Numbered from the stretch's first letter, positions 9,966 through 21,531 are shown. The stretch is 64,000 nucleotides of DNA from Vicinamibacteria bacterium (GCA_964291235.2 OZ219816.1:1792001-1856000); one strand, 5' to 3'. A program made the numbers and translations. The notes: generated from the sequence alone by a model not told the origin.

Positions 9966-11314
9966 GAATCAACTCCTTGTGTGGCAGACCCGGGCGCGTC
10001 TGCCGACGCTGGGCCGACGCGAAGGGTAAGCCCTTCCACCGCCAGCACCCGGACGCGCTCACCGGTATTCACCGGATCGCTGGCGACGGCGTCCCAGAAC
10101 TCGCCGTGAACGAACACCTTGCCTTCGCCGCCCGACGGGATGTCACTGCGGACGGTGGCCACCAGGCCGATCATCCCCTCCTGGCCGGTCACCGGGGGAC
10201 GGCGCTGGGCGCGCACCACCAGTTGGCCGAGGAAAAACACCAGGACCACGAATACCAGGACGGACGGAACAACGAGGCCCCAGGTCAACGTCAACGCCGG
10301 AGTGGGCAGGGATTGCTCCTCAAAGAAGAAAAGTAGTCCAATCACCAGCGCAACCGTTCCCGAGAGCCCCATTATGCCGAACGAGGGGGTGAGCGCCTCC
10401 GCAGTCAGCAGACCAATGCCGGCGAGCAGCAGCAGCACCCCCAGGAGGCTGACGGGGAGGAAGTTGAGGCCGAAAGCGGCCAACAGCAGCGCGATGCCTC
10501 CGAGAATGCCCGGAATGAGCAGCCCCGGATTCGAGAACTCCAGGTAGAGCCCGAGCAGCCCGATCATCCCGAGGAGCACCGCCAGGTTCGGATTGGCGAT
10601 CACTGAAAGAGCCCGGTCGCGGAAACTCATTTCGGTCTGGACGACGAGCGCGTCGGCGGTGTCGAGCGTCACCTCGGTTCCGTCGATCCGGGTCACCGTC
10701 CGGCCGTGAATCGCAGCCAGGAACTCGCCGGCATCGTCGGCCATGAGGTCGATCAGACCGGCCTCGAGCGCCTCCGTCGCGGTCCAGCTACGCGCTTCGG
10801 TCACCCCCTGTTCCGCGAGGGCGACGTCGCGCCCGCGGCGCTCGGCGATCGATCGGAGGTATGCCGCAGCATCGGACTCGACCTTCCGGCTCAGGGTCTC
10901 CGGCATCTCGCCGCCGGTGCCCGCGATCGGGGTGGCGGCGCCCATGTTGGTCCCGGGCGCCATACCCGAGATGTCGGCGGCCAGAGTGATCAGATATCCC
11001 GCGGAAGCGGCCCGGGAACCCGAGGGACCCACATAGACGGCCACCGGCACCGCGCTGTTCAGGATCCCCTCGATGATCTCCCGCATCGCGGTGTCGAGGC
11101 CGCCCGGGGTATCGAGCCGCAACAGGACGAGTCCGGCGCCAGCCTCTTCCGCCGCCGCAATGGTGGTGAGCACCCGCCGCGCCGAAACCGAGTGAATGAT
11201 GTCCACCACATCGACCTGATGGACCTCCGCAGCCGCCGCGGGAATCGACGGCGCGGCAGCGATTCCGAGGGCCAGCCCGACGATGGAAAGGGTGGGGATC
11301 CGCGCGTTCGACAC
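9962..11314 (-). CDS. nfeD: NfeD family membrane-bound serine protease
   Basis: 'LDTPGG', 'RAASAG', '[12 protein letters not shown]', C-terminal OB fold '[12 protein letters not shown]'; overlaps the SPFH gene. Confidence 0.92.
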   Translation of the reverse strand: MSNARIPTLSIVGLALGIAAAPSIPAAAAEVHQVDVVDIIHSVSARRVLTTIAAAEEAGAGLVLLRLDTPGGLDTAMREIIEGILNSAVPVAVYVGPSGSRAASAGYLITLAADISGMAPGTNMGAATPIAGTGGEMPETLSRKVESDAAAYLRSIAERRGRDVALAEQGVTEARSWTATEALEAGLIDLMADDAGEFLAAIHGRTVTRIDGTEVTLDTADALVVQTEMSFRDRALSVIANPNLAVLLGMIGLLGLYLEFSNPGLLIPGILGGIALLLAAFGLNFLPVSLLGVLLLLAGIGLLTAEALTPSFGIMGLSGTVALVIGLLFFFEEQSLPTPALTLTWGLVVPSVLVFVVLVFFLGQLVVRAQRRPPVTGQEGMIGLVATVRSDIPSGGEGKVFVHGEFWDAVASDPVNTGERVRVLAVEGLTLRVGPASADAPGSATQGVDS

Positions 11315-11316
11315 TC

Positions 11317-11793
11317 TCAGGAGGGTTTCCGATCGTGAATTGTGCGGAGTTCGCGGATCTCGAACTCGCGCTCGCCAACGGGTGTGTGAACGCTCACTTC
11401 GTCTCCCACCCGGGCACCCATGAGCGCCCTGCCGATCGGGGAGCCGGTGGAAACCTTGCCCACCGTGGCGTCCGCTTCCTCGCTCACCACGAGTTCGTAG
11501 CGGGACTCCCCGTCGGTGTCCAGGTCCACCACCACCACTTCGCTGCCGAGCGAAACCCGGTCCGCCGGGATGTTGTCCATGCTCACCATGGACAGATCCG
11601 CAAGTCGCCCCTTGAGTTGTGCGAGGCGGACGGCCACGTAGGTCTGCCGGTCCTTCGCGGCTTCGTACTCCGCGTTCTCGGAAAGGTCGCCGTGCTCGCG
11701 AGCCTCCTTGATCTGTTTGGGAAGCCGCAGATGCAGTTCTTCCTCGAGTTCACGCACCTCGGCCTCAAGACGGGCGCGGAAGGAGAGAGTCAC
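11317..11793 (-). CDS. greA: Transcription elongation factor GreA
   Basis: 'AREHGDLSENAEYEAAK', 'SPIGRALMG'. Confidence 0.92.
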   Translation of the reverse strand: MTLSFRARLEAEVRELEEELHLRLPKQIKEAREHGDLSENAEYEAAKDRQTYVAVRLAQLKGRLADLSMVSMDNIPADRVSLGSEVVVVDLDTDGESRYELVVSEEADATVGKVSTGSPIGRALMGARVGDEVSVHTPVGEREFEIRELRTIHDRKPS

Positions 11794-11977
11794 GGATTGC
11801 TGAAGCCTTTCTGGAATGAGAACCGAAGGAAATCAGAATAGCACCGCCGCAGCCCGGTTCGGGCGGCGCCCCTCCGGGAAGAGGCGGTAGCCGGGAGACC
11901 ACCGCCCTTGCAGCGCCGAGGACGAGCGGGCATGATCCGCACTCCGAATCCAATGGTGCAACCCCGGGAGGTTCTCC

Positions 11978-12631
11978 ATGAAACACATCACCAGCCGCCA
12001 ACGAACCGGGCGGCTGTCCACCAAACTGTCCGGCGCCGCGGCTCTCGGGCTCGCCGCCGCGCTGGCCAGCTTCGCCGGAACCCCTGACGCCATGGCGCAA
12101 GATGTCTCGCTCAGGGTCGGCGACAAGGCGCCCATGTTCCCGAATGCCCTGCCTTCGACCGCGGGCGAATCGGCGGGCGCGACAAAGCTCGACCTGCAAG
12201 CCGCGCTCGGCAAGAAGAACATCGTGCTCGCCTTCTACGTTGCCGACTGGACGGGTGGTTGAACGCTTCAGTTTTCGTCCTACAAGGACGACATCCAGAA
12301 GTTTCTGGATGCGGAAACCCAGGTCTTCGGGATCAGCGTCGATACCCCGTACTCGCAGTGGAATTGGCTCCAGAGCGTCGGCAAGGACTCCGGCATGATG
12401 GTGGAGGCGGCCACGCCGGGCGACCTGCCGGGTCTCGTTCTCCTCTCGGACCGCCAGTCGGAAGTGGTTGGCGCCTACGGCGTGAAGCCCCTCGAGATCA
12501 ACGGGGCGCGCTACGCATCGCGCGCGACCTTCGTCATTGATCGCGACGGGATCCTTCAGTACGTCAACTACGACTACCAGATCCGTGAGGACTACGAACC
12601 GTTGATGGAAGTTCTGGCCGGACTGGAATAG
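11978..12631 (+). CDS. Peroxiredoxin (AhpE/BCP-like) with signal peptide; in-frame TGA (12260-12262) at the peroxidatic Cys, probable selenocysteine
   Basis: ORF-track pieces 11978-12262 and 12395-12631 share a frame; readthrough gives 'VLAFYVADWTGG(U)TLQF...VFGISVDT...LLSD...RATFVIDRDG'. Confidence 0.85.
12275..12291 (+). promoter_or_regulatory. Candidate SECIS-like hairpin
   Basis: TCGTCCT-ACA-AGGACGA begins 12 nt after the UGA; the loop lacks the usual G. Confidence 0.4.
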
Positions 12632-12663
12632 TCACTTCCTCGAAACCGTCCCGCCCGCCGTCC

Positions 12664-13413
12664 GTGTCGTCCGCATCGTCGGCCCTCGTGATCGCCATGC
12701 GGCACGGTCGGGCGAACGCCATCGATCCGGCGCTGGTCGCCGAGTTGGGGGCGGGCCTCGATGAAGCCGAGCGGAGCGGCCGGCCGCTGGTCCTTACCGG
12801 AACCGATCGTTTCTTCTCGGCGGGCCTCGATCTCCAGGGATTGCCGGAGGATCGGCAGGAGATGGGCGCCTTCGTGGACGCCTTCGACGCGTTCGTGCGG
12901 CGGCTCTTCTGGTTCCCCTTCCCCACCGTTGCGGCGGTAAACGGGCACGCGGTCGCGGGAGGCGCCATCCTGGCGGCTGCCTGCGATGTCCGGATCGGGG
13001 CCGTCGGCAACTACCGGATCGGGGTTTCGGAGGTGCAGCTTGGGGTCATCTTTCCGGCGGCCGCCTTCGAAGTGCTCTCGGCGGCCATACCACCGGCGCG
13101 GACGGCGGAAGTTCTCTTGCGGGGGCGCCTCACCGGCCCCGAGGACGCGGTCTCGAATGGCTTCCTCCATGAACTTGCGGCTCCGGAAAGGCTGACCGCA
13201 ACGGCCGTGGAGCGCGCCGAGGAAATCGGAGCCCTGCCCCGGGAGGCCTACGTCCACACCAAGCGGGCGCTGCGGGCCGAATTCGCAGAGCGGGCGAGGG
13301 ATCAGAGCGCCGCAAAGCGCGAGCGGTTCCTGGACACCTGGTTCTCCGAAGAATCGAAAGCCCGGCGCGCCGCCATCCTGCGGGGTACGAAAAAGAAGCG
13401 CGGAACCGGCTGA
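12664..13413 (+). CDS. Enoyl-CoA hydratase/isomerase family protein
   Basis: 'ANAID', 'FFSAGLDL', 'PTVAAVNGHAVAGGAILAAACD', 'IGVSEVQLG'; start uncertain. Confidence 0.9.
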   Translation: MSSASSALVIAMRHGRANAIDPALVAELGAGLDEAERSGRPLVLTGTDRFFSAGLDLQGLPEDRQEMGAFVDAFDAFVRRLFWFPFPTVAAVNGHAVAGGAILAAACDVRIGAVGNYRIGVSEVQLGVIFPAAAFEVLSAAIPPARTAEVLLRGRLTGPEDAVSNGFLHELAAPERLTATAVERAEEIGALPREAYVHTKRALRAEFAERARDQSAAKRERFLDTWFSEESKARRAAILRGTKKKRGTG

Positions 13414-13494
13414 CCAGGAGCGCCAGCCTCCAGGCTGGCATCGCCGAGTTTCGCCTCGCGGTACGCGGCGATGCCGGCCGGAGGCCGGCGTTCC

Positions 13495-14328
13495 CTAGTT
13501 CGTGCTGTGCGCGTCGATCGCGGCGCGAATGGCCTTCACGGTGACCTCCGAGCGGTAGCGGAAGAGCTGGCGCCCCAACGACTTGGTTTGATCCAGAGGA
13601 TCCACGTCCACGCCGTTGATAGAGAAGAGACCGGCCTGACGACGCTCGGACGTGCGGATCGAATTCTGATCCACCGCCGCCATCATCGAGGTGATCGCGT
13701 AGTCGTCGTGAATTCCCTCGGGCGTCTGTTCCACGCCGCGCTCGGCGAGCCATGACTGGAGCGCCTGGTAGTCGTAGTACTCGGGGATGTAGTGGACGCC
13801 CGGGCTGCCCGTCCACTCGGCAGTGAGTTCTTCGGCAACCGCCTTCATGCCGGCCTGGTTGCCGCCACTGTCCCCAATGAAAATGACGTGTTGGAAGCCG
13901 CTGGCCTTGAGGCTGCGGGCAACGTCCCGGAGCACGGCCCGGAAGGTCTCCTGGCTGAGACCGACGGTTCCCGGATAGCGCATGTGACCGGTGGGGGGAT
14001 CGAAGTCGCCCTCCGGCACCAGTTTCAGAATCGGGGCCACGAGTGCGTTCCCAAGGTCCCTGGCGATCGCTTCCGTGACACCGCGCAGCAGCACGTTGTG
14101 CTTGCCGGTGACCAGATAGGGTCCGTTCTGCTCGACGCCACCGCTCGCGACGATGGCGGTGTGCTTGCCGTCCGCGATCAGATCGCGCACTTCCATCCAG
14201 GTGAGATCCTCGATGAAGACGCTGTCCCGGATCGGGATCGGACGCGGTTTGTCGGGCTCCGGACTCTGGGCGAATCCCAGAATCGGCATCGTCACGGAAA
14301 GGGCAATTACGGCGAGACCGGTGCGCAT
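13495..14328 (-). CDS. Creatininase family protein with signal peptide (paralog 1)
   Basis: 'EDLTWMEVRD', 'GGVEQNGPYLVTGKHN', 'GDSGGN', 'HDD'; ATG 14328 follows GGAG. Confidence 0.85.
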   Translation of the reverse strand: MRTGLAVIALSVTMPILGFAQSPEPDKPRPIPIRDSVFIEDLTWMEVRDLIADGKHTAIVASGGVEQNGPYLVTGKHNVLLRGVTEAIARDLGNALVAPILKLVPEGDFDPPTGHMRYPGTVGLSQETFRAVLRDVARSLKASGFQHVIFIGDSGGNQAGMKAVAEELTAEWTGSPGVHYIPEYYDYQALQSWLAERGVEQTPEGIHDDYAITSMMAAVDQNSIRTSERRQAGLFSINGVDVDPLDQTKSLGRQLFRYRSEVTVKAIRAAIDAHSTN

Positions 14329-14779
14329 GATCAGAAATCTCCTTCGAATGTTCCGAGGCCCGCGTTCCGGCGAGCCCGGACCGCTGACCATATCGCGGTC
14401 GCGTGACGGGGCTGTGCCGGCCACGAGGCCGGCCCCGTCCTCCGGGTGGGAGCTCCGGTGCCTGTGCGACGTGCGGCTGAGGAGTTGGCTGTCCCACCGG
14501 GCAAGAAAGAAATGGCAGCGAACTCGGTTCGCTGCCCACCTGACCAGGGGGAATGCGTGAAAGGGCCCCCCCCCTTTCACAAGAGGAAAACCACTCCGAC
14601 TCGGAACTCGCCGCCGGGCGCCAACCAGAGCCGCGGGCTGCGGAGATCTGTCCGGCGCCCCCACGCGCCCAAGGGAGTTTCGAGTCCGGCGCAAAACGCC
14701 GGGCGGTTTGGAAGGGGGCGCCCCTTGCAACGCATCAACGTTCGAAGGGTGCCGAGCCGCATGCCCCCTTCCGGACCGC

Positions 14780-15604
14780 CTAGTGCGAAGCGATCGCGGC
14801 GCGGATGGCCTTCACGGTCACTTCCGAGCGGTAGCGGAAGAGGCGCATTCCCCAGGCGCGGGTCTGGTCCAGCGGGTCGAGGTCCACGCCGTTGATCCGG
14901 AAGAGGCCGGCCTGCCGGCGCTCCGCGGTCCGGATGGAGTCCGGGTCCACGGCGGCCATCATCGCGGCCATCGCGAATTCGTCGTGCAGGCCCTCCGGCT
15001 CCTCCTTGATCCCGTTATCGGAGAGCCAGGTCCGCAGGCCCCTGACGTCGTAGAACTCGGGAATGAAGTGGACGCCGGGAGACCCGTTCCACTCGGCGTG
15101 CATTTCCTCCGCCACCGCCGTCATCCCGGCCTGGTTTCCACCGCTGTCGCCGAGGAAGATGATGTGCTGGAAGCCGCTCGCCCTGAGACTGCGGGCAACG
15201 TCCCGCAACACGGCTCGGAATGTCTCATCGCTGAGCCCGACGGTGCCGGGATAACGCATCATCCCGGTGGGAGGATCGAAGTCGCCTTCGGGCACCAGCT
15301 TGAGAATCGGGGCTACCAGCGCGTTCCCGAGATCCCTGGCGATTGCTTCGGTGGTGCCGCGCAGCAGCACGTTGTGCTTGCCGGTGACCAGATACGGGCC
15401 GTTCTGCTCGATGCCACCACTCGCGACAATGGCGGTGTCCTTGCCGTTCGCGATCAGGTCGCGCACCTCCATCCAGGTGAGATCCTCGATGAAGACACTG
15501 TCCCGGATCGGGATCGGACGCGGTTTGTCGGGCTCCGGACTCTGCGCGGCTCCCAGAACCGGCAGGGCCAGGGAAAGAACGATGGTAGTGAGAAGCGTGC
15601 GCAT
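14780..15604 (-). CDS. Creatininase family protein with signal peptide (paralog 2)
   Basis: Same motifs as paralog 1 and long identical stretches with it. Confidence 0.85.
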   Translation of the reverse strand: MRTLLTTIVLSLALPVLGAAQSPEPDKPRPIPIRDSVFIEDLTWMEVRDLIANGKDTAIVASGGIEQNGPYLVTGKHNVLLRGTTEAIARDLGNALVAPILKLVPEGDFDPPTGMMRYPGTVGLSDETFRAVLRDVARSLRASGFQHIIFLGDSGGNQAGMTAVAEEMHAEWNGSPGVHFIPEFYDVRGLRTWLSDNGIKEEPEGLHDEFAMAAMMAAVDPDSIRTAERRQAGLFRINGVDLDPLDQTRAWGMRLFRYRSEVTVKAIRAAIASH

Positions 15605-15638
15605 GACGTGAAACTCCTTCGCGTATCGGAAAGGCTAC

Positions 15639-15950
15639 TAGCAGCCTGTGGGCAAAGTCACGCGGCATTCCCGAGCTACGAGGTCTGGAAGTCGGCTAGC
15701 GCCAACCCCCGTCCCTCGTGCTCAAGGGGTCTCCGCCGGGCTCTCGCCCGGCTCCGGAAACGAACGGCGATGCATCCCGGCTGAAACGGGCCGCTACGCG
15801 ACCCTCATCGTTGCGTTTCGGTCGAAATACACTCGGTATTCCTCCCTCACGCGCCGCCCCCACCGGGAGAACTGGGTCAGCCAGGCGCCTCCCCCCCACC
15901 GGGAGAACTGGCGTTCTCGGTGCTCACGTCACTTTGTCCACAGGCTACTA
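15639..15950. mobile_element. MITE-like repeat copy B (inverted relative to A; two 18-mer inserts and a ~90-bp nested insert)
   Basis: Ends tagcagcctgtgggcaaag / ctttgtccacaggctacta; shared core cgttgcgtttcggtcgaaatacac.cggtattcctccctcacgcgcc. Confidence 0.8.
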
Positions 15951-16673
15951 GACGCGCAACCCTGGGGCGATTGCGTGGTGGCGATAGTCCTCGCCCGGCA
16001 TCTCGACAACGCGACAGGCTTCGTGCAGCAGGGAAACGCCGCGTACCGTGATCTGGTCCGCGAGGGTCGTCTGCTTGGCCGCCTGCAGGGGAAACGCCGT
16101 CGTGCAGACGAGGATGGCCTCACCCTGGATGCAGCGGTTCAGAATGTAGAGAAACCGCTCCTGCACCCGGGCGTCCCACCCGGTGTCGGCCCCCAACTGA
16201 TCGAGCACCACGATCTCGGCGCGGGCCAGCGCATCCAACCGGCGCTCGTCAACCAGGAGCTGGTCGTTCCACACCCGCTGCACCTCTCTCAGGAGCCGCG
16301 GGACGTACTCGAACCGCGCCCGCACCGCGATCTTCCGGTCATAGAGGATGTGGCGGAGAGCCGCGACCGCCAGGTGCGTCTTGCCGACCCCGGCCGGGCC
16401 GCTGATCAGGAGTCCCGCCTTGACCACGGGAAAGGCATCGGCCCATTTGAATACGATCTGTTTGACCCGCTTCGGCCCACCCTCGAGGTCGTCGAAGGCG
16501 TCGAAACGCATGCGTTCGGCGTGGTCCGGCGCCACCCCGATTTCCTGGAGACGGGCGGGGCCCGGAACCACGTCCCGGCACCGGCAGGCGACGACCGCCG
16601 CAGAACCGTCCGCACGGGGAGCGGCCTTCCACCCGGTATCGCCGCAATCGGGACAGGTCGGGGCCGCTTGCAA
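15948..16673 (-). CDS. DnaC/IstB-like AAA+ ATPase with N-terminal Cys motif
   Basis: 'CPDCGDTGW...ACRC', Walker A 'GPAGVGKTH', Walker B-like 'VVLDQLG', C-terminal 'GEDYR'. Confidence 0.8.
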   Translation of the reverse strand: MQAAPTCPDCGDTGWKAAPRADGSAAVVACRCRDVVPGPARLQEIGVAPDHAERMRFDAFDDLEGGPKRVKQIVFKWADAFPVVKAGLLISGPAGVGKTHLAVAALRHILYDRKIAVRARFEYVPRLLREVQRVWNDQLLVDERRLDALARAEIVVLDQLGADTGWDARVQERFLYILNRCIQGEAILVCTTAFPLQAAKQTTLADQITVRGVSLLHEACRVVEMPGEDYRHHAIAPGLRV

Positions 16674-16747
16674 GAGGGTTCTTTCAGGGCGCGGAACGGC
16701 CGGCGGAATCGAACCTCACCGGCCGCATCATTGTTTCGGCCCGTATC

Positions 16748-17185
16748 CTACGAATTTCGGGAACCGGGCGGGGAAGCAGCGGTGGTGGTTCCGGCGTCCG
16801 AGTTGGTCGCGGCGGGAACGATGTCCCTTCGCGGCAACCGCACCAGGGCGTTCTTGGCGCGCTCGCTCAGTGCGTTTTCTTCCCGCGACAGCTCCCGATG
16901 GATGAACTCGGTGAACTGGGTGATCTCTTTCTGCATGCGCTGCATCTTGGCCCGCATGTTCAAGATGATGTCCACGCCGGCGAGATTCACTCCGAGTTCC
17001 CGAAGATTGAGGATGGTCTGGAGCTGTTCAAGATCCTCATCGGTGTAAACGCGCGTGTTTCCCTCGGTACGCGAAGGCGCCAGCAACCCCTCGCGCTCAT
17101 AGAGGCGCAGAGTCTGCGGATGAATCCCGAACAGCTCGGCCACCGCGCTGATCATGTAAACGCCCTTGCGACGCTCGGCGCTCAT
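16748..17185 (-). CDS. hspR: HspR-like MerR family heat-shock repressor
   Basis: 'YMISAVAELFGIHPQTLRLYEREGLLAPSRTEGNTRVY', 'ELGVNLAGV'; downstream of dnaK-dnaJ; GAGGAG RBS. Confidence 0.88.
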   Translation of the reverse strand: MSAERRKGVYMISAVAELFGIHPQTLRLYEREGLLAPSRTEGNTRVYTDEDLEQLQTILNLRELGVNLAGVDIILNMRAKMQRMQKEITQFTEFIHRELSREENALSERAKNALVRLPRRDIVPAATNSDAGTTTAASPPGSRNS

Positions 17186-17261
17186 GGGGACTCCTCGGTG
17201 TCTGTCCCGGTAGCTCGGTGAGAACGGCTCGGAAATGCCATGAGATTGCCGGGACAGACTG

Positions 17262-18383
17262 CTAGGAACGAAGCTTCTCACGGAGCGCCTCGCGAGGCGA
17301 CTCCGGGTAGCGCTGCTCCAGTTCCCTGACGAGATCCCGGGAACGATCATCCCGGATCTCGGGAATGTGGATGCGGACCTCGAGGAAGAGGTCTCCGCGG
17401 CCGTCACCGCGAGTCGAAGGAACACCGCGCCCGGCGAGGCGCAGTCGGGTTCCAGGCTGGACTCCGGGCGGTAGCCTCACCGCGACGTTGCCGGAAAGCG
17501 TGGGCACCTCGACGCGTCCGCCGAGCGAGGCCTCGGCAAGCGTCAGCGGTAGCGGGCAGACGAGGTTGTCGCCGCGGCGTTCAAGAACCGGATGGGGGGT
17601 CACCTCGACGTGCAACCGGAGATCTCCCGGTGCTTCGCCCGGCAGCCGCTCGTGTCCTTGCCCCGCCACGACGACGGTCGCTCCGTCCGCCACCCCGGCC
17701 GGCAGGCGCGCGACCACCCGAACCGAGCGGATCCGATGACCCTGTCCGGCGCAGGAGGAGCAGGCGGTGTGAAACAGCAGCCCTTGCCCACCGCAGCGGC
17801 GGCACGGACGGGCAAACACCATGTGCCCGTAGCGCCGGAGGCGCCGGCCGGCGCCGCTACAGGCGCTGCACTCGAGCCCCTGCGGGCTGGCTTCGCCAAC
17901 CGGCCGCTCGCCCCGGCCCCCGCATGGCCCACACGTCTCGCGCCGGTTGATGCGGTGCCGGATCTGCTTCCCCTCCAGCGATTCGACAAAGGAAATCCGC
18001 ACGCGGGCGTGAATATCGGGATCGTCCTCGGCGGGTTCGGACCCGGTTCCCTCGGAGGCGCCGAAAATCTCGTGGAGCGCCCACTCTTCCTTCGCCGGCT
18101 CCTCGCCGAAATCGAAACCGGCGAAACCATAGTGAACCCGCTGGACCCGGGCGGGCGTCGGCTCGGCGCCCCCTCGGCGGTCGTACTCCGCCCGGCGCTC
18201 GGGATCGCCGAGAACTTCGAACGCGCGCTGGATCGCCTGGAATCGCTCTTCGACAACGCGGTCGTTGGGATTCAGATCCGGATGCAGGCGCCGCGCAAGA
18301 CGCCGGTACGCCTGCCGGATGCGCAGGACATCCGCATCCCGCCCAACCCCCAGGACCGCGTAGTAGTCGGCAGGAGCGGGCAT
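17262..18383 (-). CDS. dnaJ: DnaJ co-chaperone
   Basis: J domain with HPD, four CxxCxGxG repeats, DnaJ C-terminal domain. Confidence 0.9.
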   Translation of the reverse strand: MPAPADYYAVLGVGRDADVLRIRQAYRRLARRLHPDLNPNDRVVEERFQAIQRAFEVLGDPERRAEYDRRGGAEPTPARVQRVHYGFAGFDFGEEPAKEEWALHEIFGASEGTGSEPAEDDPDIHARVRISFVESLEGKQIRHRINRRETCGPCGGRGERPVGEASPQGLECSACSGAGRRLRRYGHMVFARPCRRCGGQGLLFHTACSSCAGQGHRIRSVRVVARLPAGVADGATVVVAGQGHERLPGEAPGDLRLHVEVTPHPVLERRGDNLVCPLPLTLAEASLGGRVEVPTLSGNVAVRLPPGVQPGTRLRLAGRGVPSTRGDGRGDLFLEVRIHIPEIRDDRSRDLVRELEQRYPESPREALREKLRS

Positions 18384-18412
18384 GGGCGCCGGTTGGCTGG
18401 CGGCGTTGGCGA

Positions 18413-20344
<1,932 letters not shown>

Positions 20345-20410
20345 GGGCTTGCTGAAACTCCTGCTGATTGGAATCCGGAGCCGGGCAAATCCCGGCCTTA
20401 GTTAGGCCGA

Positions 20411-20440
20411 AGTATAAGATATGAGTGGAGTCTTGTCAAG
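20411..20440 (-). promoter_or_regulatory. sigma70 promoter of dnaK overlapped by a HAIR-like HspR operator
   Basis: Minus strand TTGACA (20439-20434)-N17-TATACT (20416-20411); CTTGACA-N7-ACTCATA (20440-20420) resembles CTTGAGT-N7-ACTCAAG. Confidence 0.8.
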
Positions 20441-20585
20441 GCGTACGAAGTCCGCAGGCTCCGCCGGTGGCGGTCTCCGATGCTGCCGAACCGGGGCGAT
20501 CCGCGCGGCTCTCGGGTCCCGGTGACGGCCCACTCCGCCCCGGCGCCGTCAGGCGTTCGGGGGCGGGACCGGCGGCGGCGGCGCG

Positions 20586-21476
20586 CTACTGCAGCAGTGC
20601 CCGGATCGCCGGTTCGAGCGTCTCCCGCTCCTGGAAGTTCACGAAATGGCGCGTGATCGTTCCATCGCGTCCCGCGAGGAACAGCGTCGGGAAGATGTTC
20701 ACGTTGCCGAGTTCGGCGCGATCCTCTTCGGTCAGGTGAAGGTTCTCGAAGGTCACCCCTCCCTTCTCCTGATGAGCCTGGCGGTCGGCGTCGGTGTAAG
20801 GCAGCTTGAGCACCCGGTCGGCGTTGAGGCCGACGATGGTGAGTCCCTCGTCCGCGAGATCCTGGTGGAGCGCCTGCAGCACCGGGGCGATCTGAACGCA
20901 GGGAGGACAGTTGGTGAACCACACGTAAACGAGCGTCGCATCGTTCATGAGGCCGGCAACCGTGGACTCACCGCCACCAAAGCTCTCGCCGGCGACCTCC
21001 GGGAGCATCCGGCCTTCCCAGCCCGTGAGACTCCGGCTCACCGCCTCGGCGAAACGGTCGTCGGCGCGGATCATGGCCTCGTCGATGGACACCAGGTTTC
21101 CGTCCCCGTCGCGGACCAGGAACTTCGGGACCCGCGGGTCGGACTCCATGATCCGCAACACGATGTCGGCGGCCTCTTCGCCGTAGAGCGAGAACTGCCC
21201 CGAAATCTCGGAGAGGGTCGGCAACCGGTCTTCACGGCCTTCGAACTCGGCGATGAACAGCGGCATCCGGAAGAAGACGTCGTTGAGCCGTCCGAGAGCT
21301 TGCTGTTCGTCGGGGGCCTGGAAGCGCTCCACGAGCGCCGAGAGAAGCAGGCGTTCCCCCGGCTGCAGCGTATCTCGCACGTGCTCGAGGATCCGGCGCT
21401 CCGCGTCGGATCCCTGCGCCGCGGCAGTGGCCGGAACGGTCAGGAAAAAAGCGAGAACAAGGCCGAGATAACGCAT
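20586..21476 (-). CDS. TlpA/ResA-like thioredoxin with extra N-terminal domain, secreted
   Basis: Signal peptide; 'VYVWFTNCPPC', 'IVGLNAD', 'IFPTLFLAGRDG'. Confidence 0.8.
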   Translation of the reverse strand: MRYLGLVLAFFLTVPATAAAQGSDAERRILEHVRDTLQPGERLLLSALVERFQAPDEQQALGRLNDVFFRMPLFIAEFEGREDRLPTLSEISGQFSLYGEEAADIVLRIMESDPRVPKFLVRDGDGNLVSIDEAMIRADDRFAEAVSRSLTGWEGRMLPEVAGESFGGGESTVAGLMNDATLVYVWFTNCPPCVQIAPVLQALHQDLADEGLTIVGLNADRVLKLPYTDADRQAHQEKGGVTFENLHLTEEDRAELGNVNIFPTLFLAGRDGTITRHFVNFQERETLEPAIRALLQ

Positions 21477-21531
21477 CGGCGGATTGTAGTTTTTTGCTCG
21501 ACAACCGGGTTCCGGATGCCCCGTTGGGGGC

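Noticed and set aside
11978-12631. Peroxiredoxin as a pseudogene or two small genes
   Set aside because: The only stop is TGA exactly at the catalytic residue and both halves are intact and in frame, so recoding is more parsimonious.
15948-16673. IS21 element around the IstB-like ATPase
   Set aside because: No IstA transposase or IS21-type ends; the adjacent repeat belongs to the MITE family.
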